Shown here piece by piece: positions 19,851 to 29,496 of a stretch of 64,000 nucleotides of DNA. Within the stretch, counting starts at the first letter, position 1. Each line of letters begins with the position of its first letter. A program made the position numbers and the translations under genes. Below the pieces are notes generated by a model. It was not told the DNA's origin, made no database searches, and saw only the letters and a program-made list of their open reading frames with translations. The DNA is from a virus. The stretch is taken from positions 1-64,000 of IMG/VR virus record IMGVR_UViG_3300034200_001896; one strand, written 5' to 3'.

Positions 19851-21476
19851 ATGGCAATTTCAAACTTTGTTTTACCAACAGGATTGGAGGTTAGCGGCAC
19901 AACTACTATTACTGGCTCTGTTGGCGTTTCACAAACATTAACAGCAGTAAATTTAACAGCTAGCGGTGATATCTCTGGTTCAGTAGGTAATTACGGTAGT
20001 TTGTTTGTAAATGGTAGCGCAGTATTAACTACCGTTGGTTTAGCAGGATATGCAAAGAGTGTAGATGTTTCATCCTCTTTCGTACAGCCTTCACAAGTTA
20101 GCGCTTCTTATGTAACACCATCGCAAGTTTCAGCATCATTTGCCCAACCAGCCGATGTAAGCGCTTCTTTTTCTGCGCCTTCACAAGTTAGTGCTTCTTT
20201 TGTACAACCTTCACAAGTTAGTGCATCTTATTCAACACCTTCGCAAATTAGTGCTTCTTTTGTACAGCCTTCACAAGTAAGTTCTTCATATACCACTCCA
20301 TCGCAAATTACAGGTGCGGTAGCTTTCTTAACTGCTTCAAACGTATTTACCGAAACACAACAAATTACTGGTGGTTTGAGCATGACAGGAGATTTGCTAG
20401 CTCGCACTGGCTCTTTAACAGGTGATTTAACTGTTGGTGGTAATTTAACGGTTCGCGGAACTACAACTTATATTGATTCTACCACAGTTAATATCGGTGA
20501 TAAAAATATTAATATCGGTACCGGCAGTTCAACATTGTCAGTATTAGATGGCGGTGGTTTAGATTTAGGAACCAATGCGGAAGTACAATTAAGATACGAT
20601 AACGCTAATAGTGCTTGGACATCAAATGTAGGTATTAACGTAACAGGCGCAGTCCCAGCTGTTAAATTGGCAGGCGTTAATGCTTTGACAAGAGTAGCTG
20701 GTGCTAATGCTCTTGTCAATTCTACTTTTGGTTCTGTAAGTATAACAAATACAAGTATAACAACACTTAGCGGTGCATTAACTGCCTCTGTAGTTGCTCC
20801 AACAGTAACAGTAGGTTCCGCCTTAGTAACAAGCGCATCATTAAATGCTGCAAACAGCGTTGTAGTTGGTAATCAAAGTACTCTCGTTACTACAATCAAC
20901 GGCGCAAATACAACTGTTTATGGTACAAACGTATTCTTAACTGGCACAACAGCGATTTATTTATCAAGCTCTGCTACATACGTAACCGGCGCTTCTTATC
21001 ATAACAGCCTCGTATCAGGTACCGTAGCGGAGTTCACAACTATTACTGGTTCTACTGTAACAGGTTCTACAGCGTTATTTACCACAGTGTCCGCTTCAGC
21101 AATATCCGCTTCTACTTTACTTGTGAATACAATTTCACCAGTAGTTAGAACTGAAAATAGTAATGCCTCTTTATCAATTAATACTTTACAAACTGGTACA
21201 ATTGATACATTCGCTTGGGCAACATATGGCGGCGCTAAATATACTATTAAAGCAAAAGAACAAGCTGGAACTAACTATGCTCATGTTGCCGAATTAATTG
21301 TTGCTACTGATGGTACTTACGCATTTGGAACTCCATACGGTTCTACATACACCGGTCCAAGCGCAATCATGGGTTTTGATGTAGCATTTAACGGCGCAAA
21401 CGTAGATGTAAAAATTATAAACAACTCCGCACAAACCGTTGTTGTTAAATGGATTAAAGATTATTTAACAACCTAG
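19851..21476 (+). CDS. Ser/Thr/Gly-rich fibre-like virion protein
   Basis: TGS/SAS-rich; LTVGGNLTVRGTTTYIDSTTVNIGD motif. Confidence 0.7.
   Translation: MAISNFVLPTGLEVSGTTTITGSVGVSQTLTAVNLTASGDISGSVGNYGSLFVNGSAVLTTVGLAGYAKSVDVSSSFVQPSQVSASYVTPSQVSASFAQPADVSASFSAPSQVSASFVQPSQVSASYSTPSQISASFVQPSQVSSSYTTPSQITGAVAFLTASNVFTETQQITGGLSMTGDLLARTGSLTGDLTVGGNLTVRGTTTYIDSTTVNIGDKNINIGTGSSTLSVLDGGGLDLGTNAEVQLRYDNANSAWTSNVGINVTGAVPAVKLAGVNALTRVAGANALVNSTFGSVSITNTSITTLSGALTASVVAPTVTVGSALVTSASLNAANSVVVGNQSTLVTTINGANTTVYGTNVFLTGTTAIYLSSSATYVTGASYHNSLVSGTVAEFTTITGSTVTGSTALFTTVSASAISASTLLVNTISPVVRTENSNASLSINTLQTGTIDTFAWATYGGAKYTIKAKEQAGTNYAHVAELIVATDGTYAFGTPYGSTYTGPSAIMGFDVAFNGANVDVKIINNSAQTVVVKWIKDYLTT
20064..20311 (+). 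repeat. About eight tandem 30-bp (10-aa) repeats PSQVSASFVQ
   Basis: Directly visible. Confidence 0.9.
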
Positions 21477-21500
21477 TATTTAATTCTATAGGAGTTTATC

Positions 21501-24266
21501 ATGCCCATTCAAGATTTTAAATTAGAAACAGGTTTACAAGTAAGTGGTAGTGCTAGAATATCCGGCTCTGTAAGTGCCTCACAGGGCTTTACTGGCAGTT
21601 TGTATGGTACTGCTTCTTACGGACAAGATTCTAATTTACTGGATGGGTATGACAATACGGCATTTGCTAAATTAGCAAGTGCTAATATATTTACAGAAAC
21701 ACAAACTGTGAGCGGTAACCTTTTTGTTACCGCTTCACTTTCTTCTTCTGCTTTAACCGCTTCCGCAATGACGGGAAGTGAATTAAATATAGATTATATT
21801 GATTTTGTTCCACAGCCAAGTGCAACACCTCCAGCACAACAAGTAGGAAGAATATTTGTAGACAATTTATATAATGAAGTTAACACTTGGACTGATGTTA
21901 CTGGAGTTAAATTGTTGCAAGGACAACAACTTGTATTAAGAGCTAAATGTACCGACATGGCTACATTTACGAAAGGTACTGTTGTAAGAATTAACGGCGG
22001 CACTGGTGCTAATGCTACATTCGTTACCGCTAGCTGGGAAAATGACACAAATTCTGCTGATACGCTTGGCCTTTTGATGAACAGCGGCGTGACAAACGAT
22101 TTTGCTTATATAATTATCAACGGATATTTAACAGATATTAATACAGCCGGTTATACTCCCGGTCAAACACTGTATTTATCCTCCAGCGGAAACTATACTA
22201 ACGTTGTTCCACTATATCCAAATCATGAGGTAAGATTAGGACAAGTGGTTAGAGCGCATGCAACAGTTGGTAGCGTTTTCGTTCGTGTACAAAATGGTTA
22301 TGAACTTGGCGAATTACACGATGTTTATACTGGTTCATTAAGTCCCGGCGATTTATTGGTGTATGAAAATACAGTTAACACTCAATGGACAAACAAAAAA
22401 CAACTAACTGGTTCCTATGGTTTAACTGGTAGTTTAACAGCCAGCGTTGGTTTATCAGGTGCGTTAGGCTTATTCCCAGTATTAACTGGTTCAAATGTTT
22501 CAGGAACAACAGCACAATTTACAACCGTTAGCGGTTCTGCTATTAGTGGTGCATTGATAGGTACACTAAACACAATTAGTGTTATTAATGCTGGCTCAAA
22601 CTTGACTGCTTCAAACGTCGGAAGTATCAGAACTTTAGCTTTAACTTCCAGCGTAGCAGGTTTAACTTCTTTGTCAAGCGCAACTGGCAGTTTCACTATT
22701 TTATCTGGCTCCACTACGACTGGCTCAACGGCATTATTTACAACTGTAACTGGTAGTACAATAAGCGGTTCTACTTTATCTTACACAACCTTAAACACCA
22801 CACAAATGACTTCAAGTGGTAAGATATTGGTTGATAACAACGTAACTATTGGTAATGGTAGCAATTCTGTTTCTACTAATATAGCAATCGGTTCCGACGT
22901 ATTAAGAAGCAATCCTATCGGTGGTATTAATAATTTAGGTATCGGTTATCAATCCCTATATAGCGCTAATGGCGGAAGCAGTAATCTAGCAATTGGTAAT
23001 TATTCTTTATATAAAAGCACTACTTCGACTAATAATATAGGTATTGGCGTACAAGCAGGAAATGATATTACAACTCAAACAGATAATATTTTAATTGGTC
23101 ATTTCGCAGGATTTTTAAATAACGGTTCTTACAATGTTGCTTTGGGAAATTTTGCCGGTTATCGTCTTAAAACAAATCAAAATATAGCTATTGGATATTA
23201 TGCCTTAAACTCTCATAATGGAACAGGAGCTAGTAATTTTGCTGCTGGTGTAGGCGCAGCACAAGCAATGGTAACTGGTGCTCAAAACGTTGCTATTGGT
23301 GTTAACGCTCTAAATGGTATCATTAATGGAGAAAACAATATAGCTATTGGCGCACAAGCTATGTCGCCAGTATTAGCGGGTTTTTCTACAGTGACAGCAA
23401 GTTTTAATACTGCAATAGGCTTTAATTCTCTAGGCATTATGAGAACTGGTTCACAAAATTTATCGATAGGTTATAGTTCTACAACTAATTTGGGAAGTGG
23501 TTCTTTCAACTCTGCTATTGGTACAACAGCTTTAAGCTCTTTAAGGACCGGTTCAGCTAATACATCAATAGGTTATAGTGCATTAAGCAGTTTATTAACT
23601 GGTAGTAATAACGTAGTTGTCGGTAATTTAGCTGGTTCATCAATACTAACTGGTTCTGGAAACGTTATTATTGGTAGTGCAGGCGGTACTAACAATACAG
23701 ACAACAATATTTATGTTGCCGATGGAGCTGGTAACTTAAGATTGCAAGTAGACAGCAACGGTGTACTAGATGTAAAATCAGGACAAATTAAATTCCCGTC
23801 CGTACAAACAGCTTCAAACGACCCAAATACATTAGATGATTATGAAGAAGGAACATGGACGCCATATCTTACTGGCAGTGGCGGCAGTACTGGAATAGCT
23901 TATTCCGGCCCTACACCTACACTGGGAAATGTGGGTTTGTATACTAAAATAGGTAAAAGTGTTGTAGCAATAGGTCATATCAAACTTACTTCGACTGGTT
24001 CTGCAAATGGTTCAGTAACAATAGGAAATTTACCGTATGCTTCTTCAATCTGGCCATTAGGCCCGCATTATTATAGTGTCACATTTCATCAATACACAAA
24101 TTTTAATTCTTCGATTACAACAATACCATATGGTAGCATAACACAAAATACAGCAATAATAGATTTTTATAAGGCTGGCGCAGGCGGCGGAACAGCTTTA
24201 CAAATATCTGACTTAAGCAATTCTGCAGAATTTAGCTTTATTGCTATTTACGTTGCAACATCTTAA
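21501..24266 (+). CDS. Tail fibre / receptor-binding protein with beta-roll repeats
   Basis: Many NIAIG..AL repeats (YadA-head-like); LDDYEEGTWTP C-terminal module. Confidence 0.75.
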   Translation: MPIQDFKLETGLQVSGSARISGSVSASQGFTGSLYGTASYGQDSNLLDGYDNTAFAKLASANIFTETQTVSGNLFVTASLSSSALTASAMTGSELNIDYIDFVPQPSATPPAQQVGRIFVDNLYNEVNTWTDVTGVKLLQGQQLVLRAKCTDMATFTKGTVVRINGGTGANATFVTASWENDTNSADTLGLLMNSGVTNDFAYIIINGYLTDINTAGYTPGQTLYLSSSGNYTNVVPLYPNHEVRLGQVVRAHATVGSVFVRVQNGYELGELHDVYTGSLSPGDLLVYENTVNTQWTNKKQLTGSYGLTGSLTASVGLSGALGLFPVLTGSNVSGTTAQFTTVSGSAISGALIGTLNTISVINAGSNLTASNVGSIRTLALTSSVAGLTSLSSATGSFTILSGSTTTGSTALFTTVTGSTISGSTLSYTTLNTTQMTSSGKILVDNNVTIGNGSNSVSTNIAIGSDVLRSNPIGGINNLGIGYQSLYSANGGSSNLAIGNYSLYKSTTSTNNIGIGVQAGNDITTQTDNILIGHFAGFLNNGSYNVALGNFAGYRLKTNQNIAIGYYALNSHNGTGASNFAAGVGAAQAMVTGAQNVAIGVNALNGIINGENNIAIGAQAMSPVLAGFSTVTASFNTAIGFNSLGIMRTGSQNLSIGYSSTTNLGSGSFNSAIGTTALSSLRTGSANTSIGYSALSSLLTGSNNVVVGNLAGSSILTGSGNVIIGSAGGTNNTDNNIYVADGAGNLRLQVDSNGVLDVKSGQIKFPSVQTASNDPNTLDDYEEGTWTPYLTGSGGSTGIAYSGPTPTLGNVGLYTKIGKSVVAIGHIKLTSTGSANGSVTIGNLPYASSIWPLGPHYYSVTFHQYTNFNSSITTIPYGSITQNTAIIDFYKAGAGGGTALQISDLSNSAEFSFIAIYVATS

Positions 24267-24280
24267 AAAGGAGTTATGAA

Positions 24281-24517
24281 ATGGCTTTAACAGAACGTAG
24301 TACAATTGATAAAATTGAAGTATTAGAAAACGGCATCATTCAAGTCCGTCGTGCAGACATTGTGGAAAGAGATGGAGTAGAAATTGCTAAAAGTTATCAT
24401 CGTTGGACTTTAAGCCCCGGTCAAGATTTAACAGGCCAAGAACAACGTGTTATAGATGTAGCAAATGCAGTTTGGACACAAGAAGTTATCGCTGCTTATC
24501 AACAAATAATTGGATAA
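24281..24517 (+). CDS. Tail-fibre-associated small protein
   Basis: DKIEVLENGIIQVR...SYHRW..PG, directly after the fibre gene. Confidence 0.6.
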   Translation: MALTERSTIDKIEVLENGIIQVRRADIVERDGVEIAKSYHRWTLSPGQDLTGQEQRVIDVANAVWTQEVIAAYQQIIG

Positions 24518-24521
24518 TAAA

Positions 24522-24860
24522 ATGAAGATTACAAATGAAGATATACGTAATTTAATTAAAGAATGTATGGATGATATGGGTTATGGTCAGGCAACAAATT
24601 TTGCCCCTCCAATCCAACCAGCTAACCCTGCACAAATGCCCATGCAAAATGCAGACCCAGATGGATACGAAGGCCGTATGGCAAAAGGAAATCTATTTAA
24701 AATGGCAGAATATGCCATGCAATTGCACAACATGATTCAAGATGGACAAAATCTTGAACCTTGGGTCGAAGAAAAAATAGCTGTTGCTGCCTCTATGTTA
24801 GATTCTGTTACACATTATATGCAATACGAAAAAGTTAGAGGCCCGCAGCAAGGGGAATAA
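24522..24860 (+). CDS. Hypothetical head-associated protein
   Basis: MKITNEDIRNLIKE leader; EGRMAK...LEPWVEEKI. Confidence 0.6.
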   Translation: MKITNEDIRNLIKECMDDMGYGQATNFAPPIQPANPAQMPMQNADPDGYEGRMAKGNLFKMAEYAMQLHNMIQDGQNLEPWVEEKIAVAASMLDSVTHYMQYEKVRGPQQGE

Positions 24861-24861
24861 T

Positions 24862-26457
24862 GTGCAAGATATCTTTAAAAACTGGAGAAGCTTTTTAAAC
24901 GAAAGCAAGGTAATAAAAGAAGTGTATCATATAGAGGGTATGTACCTACCAAAAGAATTCATTTCTAAGCTTCCAAAACCAGTTAAAGATAAAATTGAAG
25001 AATATGATGTATTAGATTTTGCTTTTGAAAGATATCGTCAATTATTTCCAGAAATAAAATTAACATCTCTACCACAAAAATTCCTTGTTCCATATGGCTC
25101 TGGAGAGGAATTGTTATTTGATTTTTCTTCTGATTCAACTCCAGAGACACAAGCTAGAAAACCCACACCAGATGAAATGGAACAGAGAAATAAATCTATT
25201 CCAGTACTTCCTAAAAATTGGTATAACGCTTTTCTTAATCGTCTAGGAGAGCCATTACTGACAGAAAGCAAGCATAAGCGTGACTTATCTTTAGTAACGA
25301 CTCTAGCGGTTTTTGATTTTGACCACACTTTATATAAAAGTCCAGAGGCTCCAAAGGGTCATAAAGGTAATTGGCATATCAAACCCGAATCCCTTCCAGA
25401 AAATCCTAAAGATAAATCTTGGAATAATGAGATAGTAATCAAAGCACAGGAACTTTGTGATGACCCATCTGTTTACTGTGTCATGATGACGGGTCGTGTA
25501 GGAAATGTGTTTGGTGAAAAGATAGATAATTATTTTAAACAACGTGGATTAAACTTTGCTAAAACTTTTTATAATGAATTCGGTGGCGATACCGCTGACT
25601 ATAAGATTGATAACATTAATAAACTTCTTAACAAATTATCAAATGTAAAATCGTTAATTATGTGGGACGATGATAGGGAAAAGGCAGAGAAATATTCTGA
25701 AGAGTTTGCAGACAAAATAGATTATAAGATACACATGGTCGGCGATGAAGAATTATCAGAAAGTAAATTTGAAGAAGTAAAATATGATGTAAATAATGTC
25801 GGTCTATTAACTTTAGATAAACGTAAATTCATTCTTTTCGATACTAAAAGATTAATTGATTTTGTTTCGCAATTACCAAAAGATAATCCAGATATGGATA
25901 GCGCTGCATTAATAGATAACAATATTACTTTATCTTATGCAGCAGTAACTCCAAATGATAAGTTAAAAAATCCCTGCATGGGTGCTGCTGAAAGAAGTAT
26001 ATTAGCGCAGAATCCAAGTATAAAAGGTTCTGGAATGGGCAGATACATGATGTCTGTTTTATTTAAGTTCTATCCAGAGGGTATAATGAATGATAGAGGT
26101 GATGTTAGCCCTATGGCTAAACAATCAGCTAGATTATTAGCGTTATCAGGCTTGGCTAAGATTAAGAAAATAAAAGACGGCGATGAGATTCTTGATAAAT
26201 TAGATGATATTGATAATCCAAAAACAGCAACAAAAAAAGATGATTGCGAAGTTCATAATGATGATTTGTTAGATAGAGTATATCAATACAACGACCCTAA
26301 CGTAAATGAGCAAGCGTTATTAAAGAAATCACAAGAAGCCCTACAGGTCTGTGAACAAATAACAGAAGGTAATTGGCCCACATATGCATTAGAAGATTTA
26401 ATAGAAGCTTCAGGAATGGCTCTTTATTATAGAAGTATAGATACTTCTAATATGTAA
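24862..26457 (+). CDS. Multidomain protein: Swiss-army-knife-type HAD phosphatase plus possible GNAT-like domain
   Basis: AVFDFDHTLYKSP...WN..IV...MMTGR...K...WDDD; later KGSGMGRYM; FKNWRSFLNE leader. Confidence 0.65.
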   Translation: MQDIFKNWRSFLNESKVIKEVYHIEGMYLPKEFISKLPKPVKDKIEEYDVLDFAFERYRQLFPEIKLTSLPQKFLVPYGSGEELLFDFSSDSTPETQARKPTPDEMEQRNKSIPVLPKNWYNAFLNRLGEPLLTESKHKRDLSLVTTLAVFDFDHTLYKSPEAPKGHKGNWHIKPESLPENPKDKSWNNEIVIKAQELCDDPSVYCVMMTGRVGNVFGEKIDNYFKQRGLNFAKTFYNEFGGDTADYKIDNINKLLNKLSNVKSLIMWDDDREKAEKYSEEFADKIDYKIHMVGDEELSESKFEEVKYDVNNVGLLTLDKRKFILFDTKRLIDFVSQLPKDNPDMDSAALIDNNITLSYAAVTPNDKLKNPCMGAAERSILAQNPSIKGSGMGRYMMSVLFKFYPEGIMNDRGDVSPMAKQSARLLALSGLAKIKKIKDGDEILDKLDDIDNPKTATKKDDCEVHNDDLLDRVYQYNDPNVNEQALLKKSQEALQVCEQITEGNWPTYALEDLIEASGMALYYRSIDTSNM

Positions 26458-26538
26458 ATTAAAAAGGCTTAACAAACTTTTTTCTCTTTGGTATAGATAC
26501 TACTACTTAGTTGTACTTTCTTAAGGAGCTAACTATCT

Positions 26539-26817
26539 ATGTGCATGATTTGTAAGGGTCTAGAAAAGGGTAAGTTCTCACCAGAAGATGCCCGTGAAAA
26601 ACTTGAAGAGTTCGTTGATTTAGATTTGCTAGACGAAGACCACCAAGAAGAAGTAGAGTCCCTTATTGCTGAAGCGGAAGAAGAGGAATTCTATTGGGCT
26701 TCAGCTAAGAAAGATGTGCGTAAATACGAAGACTATGATGATGAATACGTAGACGAAGAAGAATATGCAGATGATTATTCCTATCCCGACGATGAAGAAG
26801 AACCGTTAGAAGACTAA
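26539..26817 (+). CDS. Very acidic small protein with N-terminal CxxC
   Basis: MCMIC; D/E-rich tail; RBS AAGGAG. Confidence 0.7.
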   Translation: MCMICKGLEKGKFSPEDAREKLEEFVDLDLLDEDHQEEVESLIAEAEEEEFYWASAKKDVRKYEDYDDEYVDEEEYADDYSYPDDEEEPLED

Positions 26818-26825
26818 TTATATGC

Positions 26826-27518
26826 ATGAAGTTTATTTGCGACCACACCTATGGTTTCGGCAAAATGCGGAATCAGAACATTATCTATGTTCCGTTTGGT
26901 GTGATGTTGGAGCCAAATGAATATAAAGAATATCTAGAACAAGGTTGGTATCCAGCAACAAATGATATATGGTTTCAAACACGCAGCACGCGAATAAACT
27001 TAGAACATTATAAGCCAACAAAAACAGTATTACGTCTGGCAAAGAAGGTTAAATACTTTCCAGACGTAAACATGACCCCAGCCAAACGTGAAAGATTAGC
27101 ACGAATCTATGACAAGTATATCGAACACAAAGGCTATAGTGATGATATGTCAATTGATGATATTATCACTAATAGTCACGGGCATATCTACTATGTATAT
27201 AATAATGAAATCGTTGCATTTGCGTTTTATAAAGTTATCGAAGATGCTTACTTGGGCATAGAATTTGCGTGGGATTATGGCGAACCAAAACTTTCTTTGG
27301 GTCATGTCAATGTATATTACAATTCTCTTTTTGCTCGTTTCAAGCGTTGTAAATATATTTACCTATCTTCTGGATATGAAAGTTGTTCCATTTATAAAAG
27401 CCAATATCCGGGCTTTGAGTGGTGGCTTGGTTACCAATGGTCTACGGACGTTGAAATGTATAGAGAATTATGTAAAAGGGATGATGAAATAAAGATAGAA
27501 GCTGGAGACTTAATATAA
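26826..27518 (+). CDS. ATE1/Bpt-like aminoacyl-tRNA--protein transferase
   Basis: YLEQGW...STRINL (N-domain-like); AWDY..PKLSLG...YIYLSSGYESCSIYK.QYPGFE (ATE_C-like). Confidence 0.72.
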   Translation: MKFICDHTYGFGKMRNQNIIYVPFGVMLEPNEYKEYLEQGWYPATNDIWFQTRSTRINLEHYKPTKTVLRLAKKVKYFPDVNMTPAKRERLARIYDKYIEHKGYSDDMSIDDIITNSHGHIYYVYNNEIVAFAFYKVIEDAYLGIEFAWDYGEPKLSLGHVNVYYNSLFARFKRCKYIYLSSGYESCSIYKSQYPGFEWWLGYQWSTDVEMYRELCKRDDEIKIEAGDLI

Positions 27519-27581
27519 AGTTGTTAACAGCAAGATGTTCTGTGATACTATCAGTTATGTTGTTCAGCCAGTGAGGGATAA

Positions 27582-28577
27582 ATGATTGATTACGCTGATG
27601 TTATTGTTGACTTGGCTTATGGTGATTCCGGTAAGGGAAAAGTAACGCACTTACTTAGTAAGAGTGGTGAATATACACATTGTATTAGGTACAATGGGTC
27701 GAATAATGCAGGCCATACAATCTATCATGAGGGTAAAAAGATTGTAACACATTCAATTCCTACAGGGGTTGTGCATGGTGTCAAGTCTATTATTGGCCCC
27801 GGTTGTGTAATGAATGTTAAGCAATTCTTTGATGAACTTAAGGAGTTGCAAGATGCCGGTATTAACACTGACGGTCTTGTATATATTGCAAAGAACGTTC
27901 ATATCATCACAGAAGAGCACTTGCAAGAAGATAGACAAGATGCTAAGATAGGTACAACGAAGCGAGGCAACGGTCCAGCATATCGTGATAAGTACGCTAG
28001 GAAAGGAATTCGCGCAGAACAGATTCCAGAATTACAAAACTATTTAATAGACATATATGAAGAGCTTCATAGTGACAATACAAGATGTCGCATCCTTTTT
28101 GAAGGGGCTCAAGGATTTGGTTTGGATATCGACTTTGGTGATTATCCTTATTGCACTAGCTCCACATGCACAGTTGGCGCTGCTGTTGCTAACGGCGTTC
28201 CTCCAAGCAAAATTAGGAATGTATGGGGAATAACTAAAGTATATGAGACATATGTTGGTGGTAAAAAGTTTGAACCTGATGAACCTATATTTAAACATAT
28301 TCGTGAACTTGGTGGTGAATATGGTGCCACAACTGGTCGTCCTCGTCAATGCAATTGGATAAATACAGCTCTATTACGCAAAGCTGCCAGAATCAACGGT
28401 GTTAATCGTGTTGTGTTTAATAAGGCAGATATCCTTCGCAAGATTAATCAATGGAAGGCATATGATGTAAATGGTAATCTTATTAACTTCCAAGATGAAG
28501 AGCTAATGAAACAATGGATGCAAGAAGTATTACCAGATGTAAAGATTTATTGGAGTGATTCACCCGATAAATTGTAA
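27582..28577 (+). CDS. purA: Adenylosuccinate synthetase (short form)
   Basis: YGDSGKGK, NNAGHT, IGTTKRGNGPAY, FEGAQG, GDYPYCTSS, EYGATTGRPR, NKAD. Confidence 0.95.
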   Translation: MIDYADVIVDLAYGDSGKGKVTHLLSKSGEYTHCIRYNGSNNAGHTIYHEGKKIVTHSIPTGVVHGVKSIIGPGCVMNVKQFFDELKELQDAGINTDGLVYIAKNVHIITEEHLQEDRQDAKIGTTKRGNGPAYRDKYARKGIRAEQIPELQNYLIDIYEELHSDNTRCRILFEGAQGFGLDIDFGDYPYCTSSTCTVGAAVANGVPPSKIRNVWGITKVYETYVGGKKFEPDEPIFKHIRELGGEYGATTGRPRQCNWINTALLRKAARINGVNRVVFNKADILRKINQWKAYDVNGNLINFQDEELMKQWMQEVLPDVKIYWSDSPDKL

Positions 28578-28599
28578 ATTAAAAAAGAATATAAAGTGC

Positions 28600-28655
28600 T
28601 TTACAAGAAGAAGCAGTAGAAGTATAGTAGATACATCAACTGAGCCGAAAGGCTC
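28600..28655 (+). promoter_or_regulatory. Sigma70-type promoter plus 5' GAAA-tetraloop hairpin
   Basis: TTTACA-17-TATAGT, then GAGCC-GAAA-GGCTC. Confidence 0.65.
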
Positions 28656-28674
28656 CATAACCAAGGAGAAATAA

Positions 28675-28953
28675 ATGTCTAACCGTACCAATTCAACCCG
28701 TCGTTCTTCCACCCGCAACTCCCGTCCAGTTTATAATGTAACTGAAAAGGGCGTATATCGTCGTGAGCGCAAGCTTTCACGTATCGGCATGGGAATTCGT
28801 CGTGGTGATACCCGTCACGGTGATTATTCCAACGTAGTACTTTGGAAGCCAACTGACAGCGATGGTCCGTCCCGCCGTTTCGTAATGTCCCTTGCTGAAG
28901 CACGTGCATTCAAGGCATTCCTTGACCGTGAGCTTCAAACTCTCGCTCGCTAA
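28675..28953 (+). CDS. Arg-rich, probably highly expressed nucleic-acid-binding protein
   Basis: Strong RBS, biased codons (CGT, GGT, TCC), own promoter and terminator. Confidence 0.7.
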   Translation: MSNRTNSTRRSSTRNSRPVYNVTEKGVYRRERKLSRIGMGIRRGDTRHGDYSNVVLWKPTDSDGPSRRFVMSLAEARAFKAFLDRELQTLAR

Positions 28954-28995
28954 ATAAAAAGCAGCAAGACTAAAATAGAATAGTTGCAAATCTGC

Positions 28996-29026
28996 CGCCC
29001 ACCTGATACAATCAGGTGGGCGTTTT
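28996..29026 (+). terminator. Intrinsic terminator overlapping the next promoter
   Basis: CGCCCACCTGAT-ACA-ATCAGGTGGGCG-TTTT; TTGCAA(28984)-17-TACAAT(29007) overlaps it. Confidence 0.75.
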
Positions 29027-29040
29027 GCATTGGAGATACA

Positions 29041-29496
29041 ATGACTGAAAACAAAACTAACATTTTAAAAGTTGCATTTCCTAATTTTATTCGTGAGAGT
29101 TTTTATATTGAATGTGGTAATGGTTGGTTTGATATTATTGCAGAGGTTTGTCAATTTATTGAATCAAAAACAAAATATTGCCACGCTCAACAAATTAAAG
29201 AAAAGTTCGGCCTACTCAGAATCTATTTCGATTGTGATTACGATGAAAATGGTGAACCATTAACCGATAGAGATACAATGGAAGAAATATATTCCTTTAT
29301 TAATAAAAAAGAAAGCGAAAGTAAAAACATATGTGAAGATTGTGGTATAAAGCTTGTAGAAGATAACAGGGCTAAGAAAGAACATCTTGGTTATTGGATT
29401 GCAAATATCTGTATGGATTGTCTTGATAGAACAAATCGGGAAGCATCAGAAAGATTAGAAAAAAAGATTTATAAGACCCTTAAAGAAAAGCCATGA
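29041..29496 (+). CDS. Conserved phage hypothetical protein (GW...QIKEKFGxLR family)
   Basis: CGNGWFDII...QIKEKFGLLRIY...CEDCG. Confidence 0.75.
   Translation: MTENKTNILKVAFPNFIRESFYIECGNGWFDIIAEVCQFIESKTKYCHAQQIKEKFGLLRIYFDCDYDENGEPLTDRDTMEEIYSFINKKESESKNICEDCGIKLVEDNRAKKEHLGYWIANICMDCLDRTNREASERLEKKIYKTLKEKP

Noticed and set aside
27582-28577. PurZ (2-aminoadenine DNA pathway)
   Set aside because: The P-loop reads GDSGKG with the PurA catalytic Asp, not the Ser typical of PurZ; no datZ or mazZ neighbours in view
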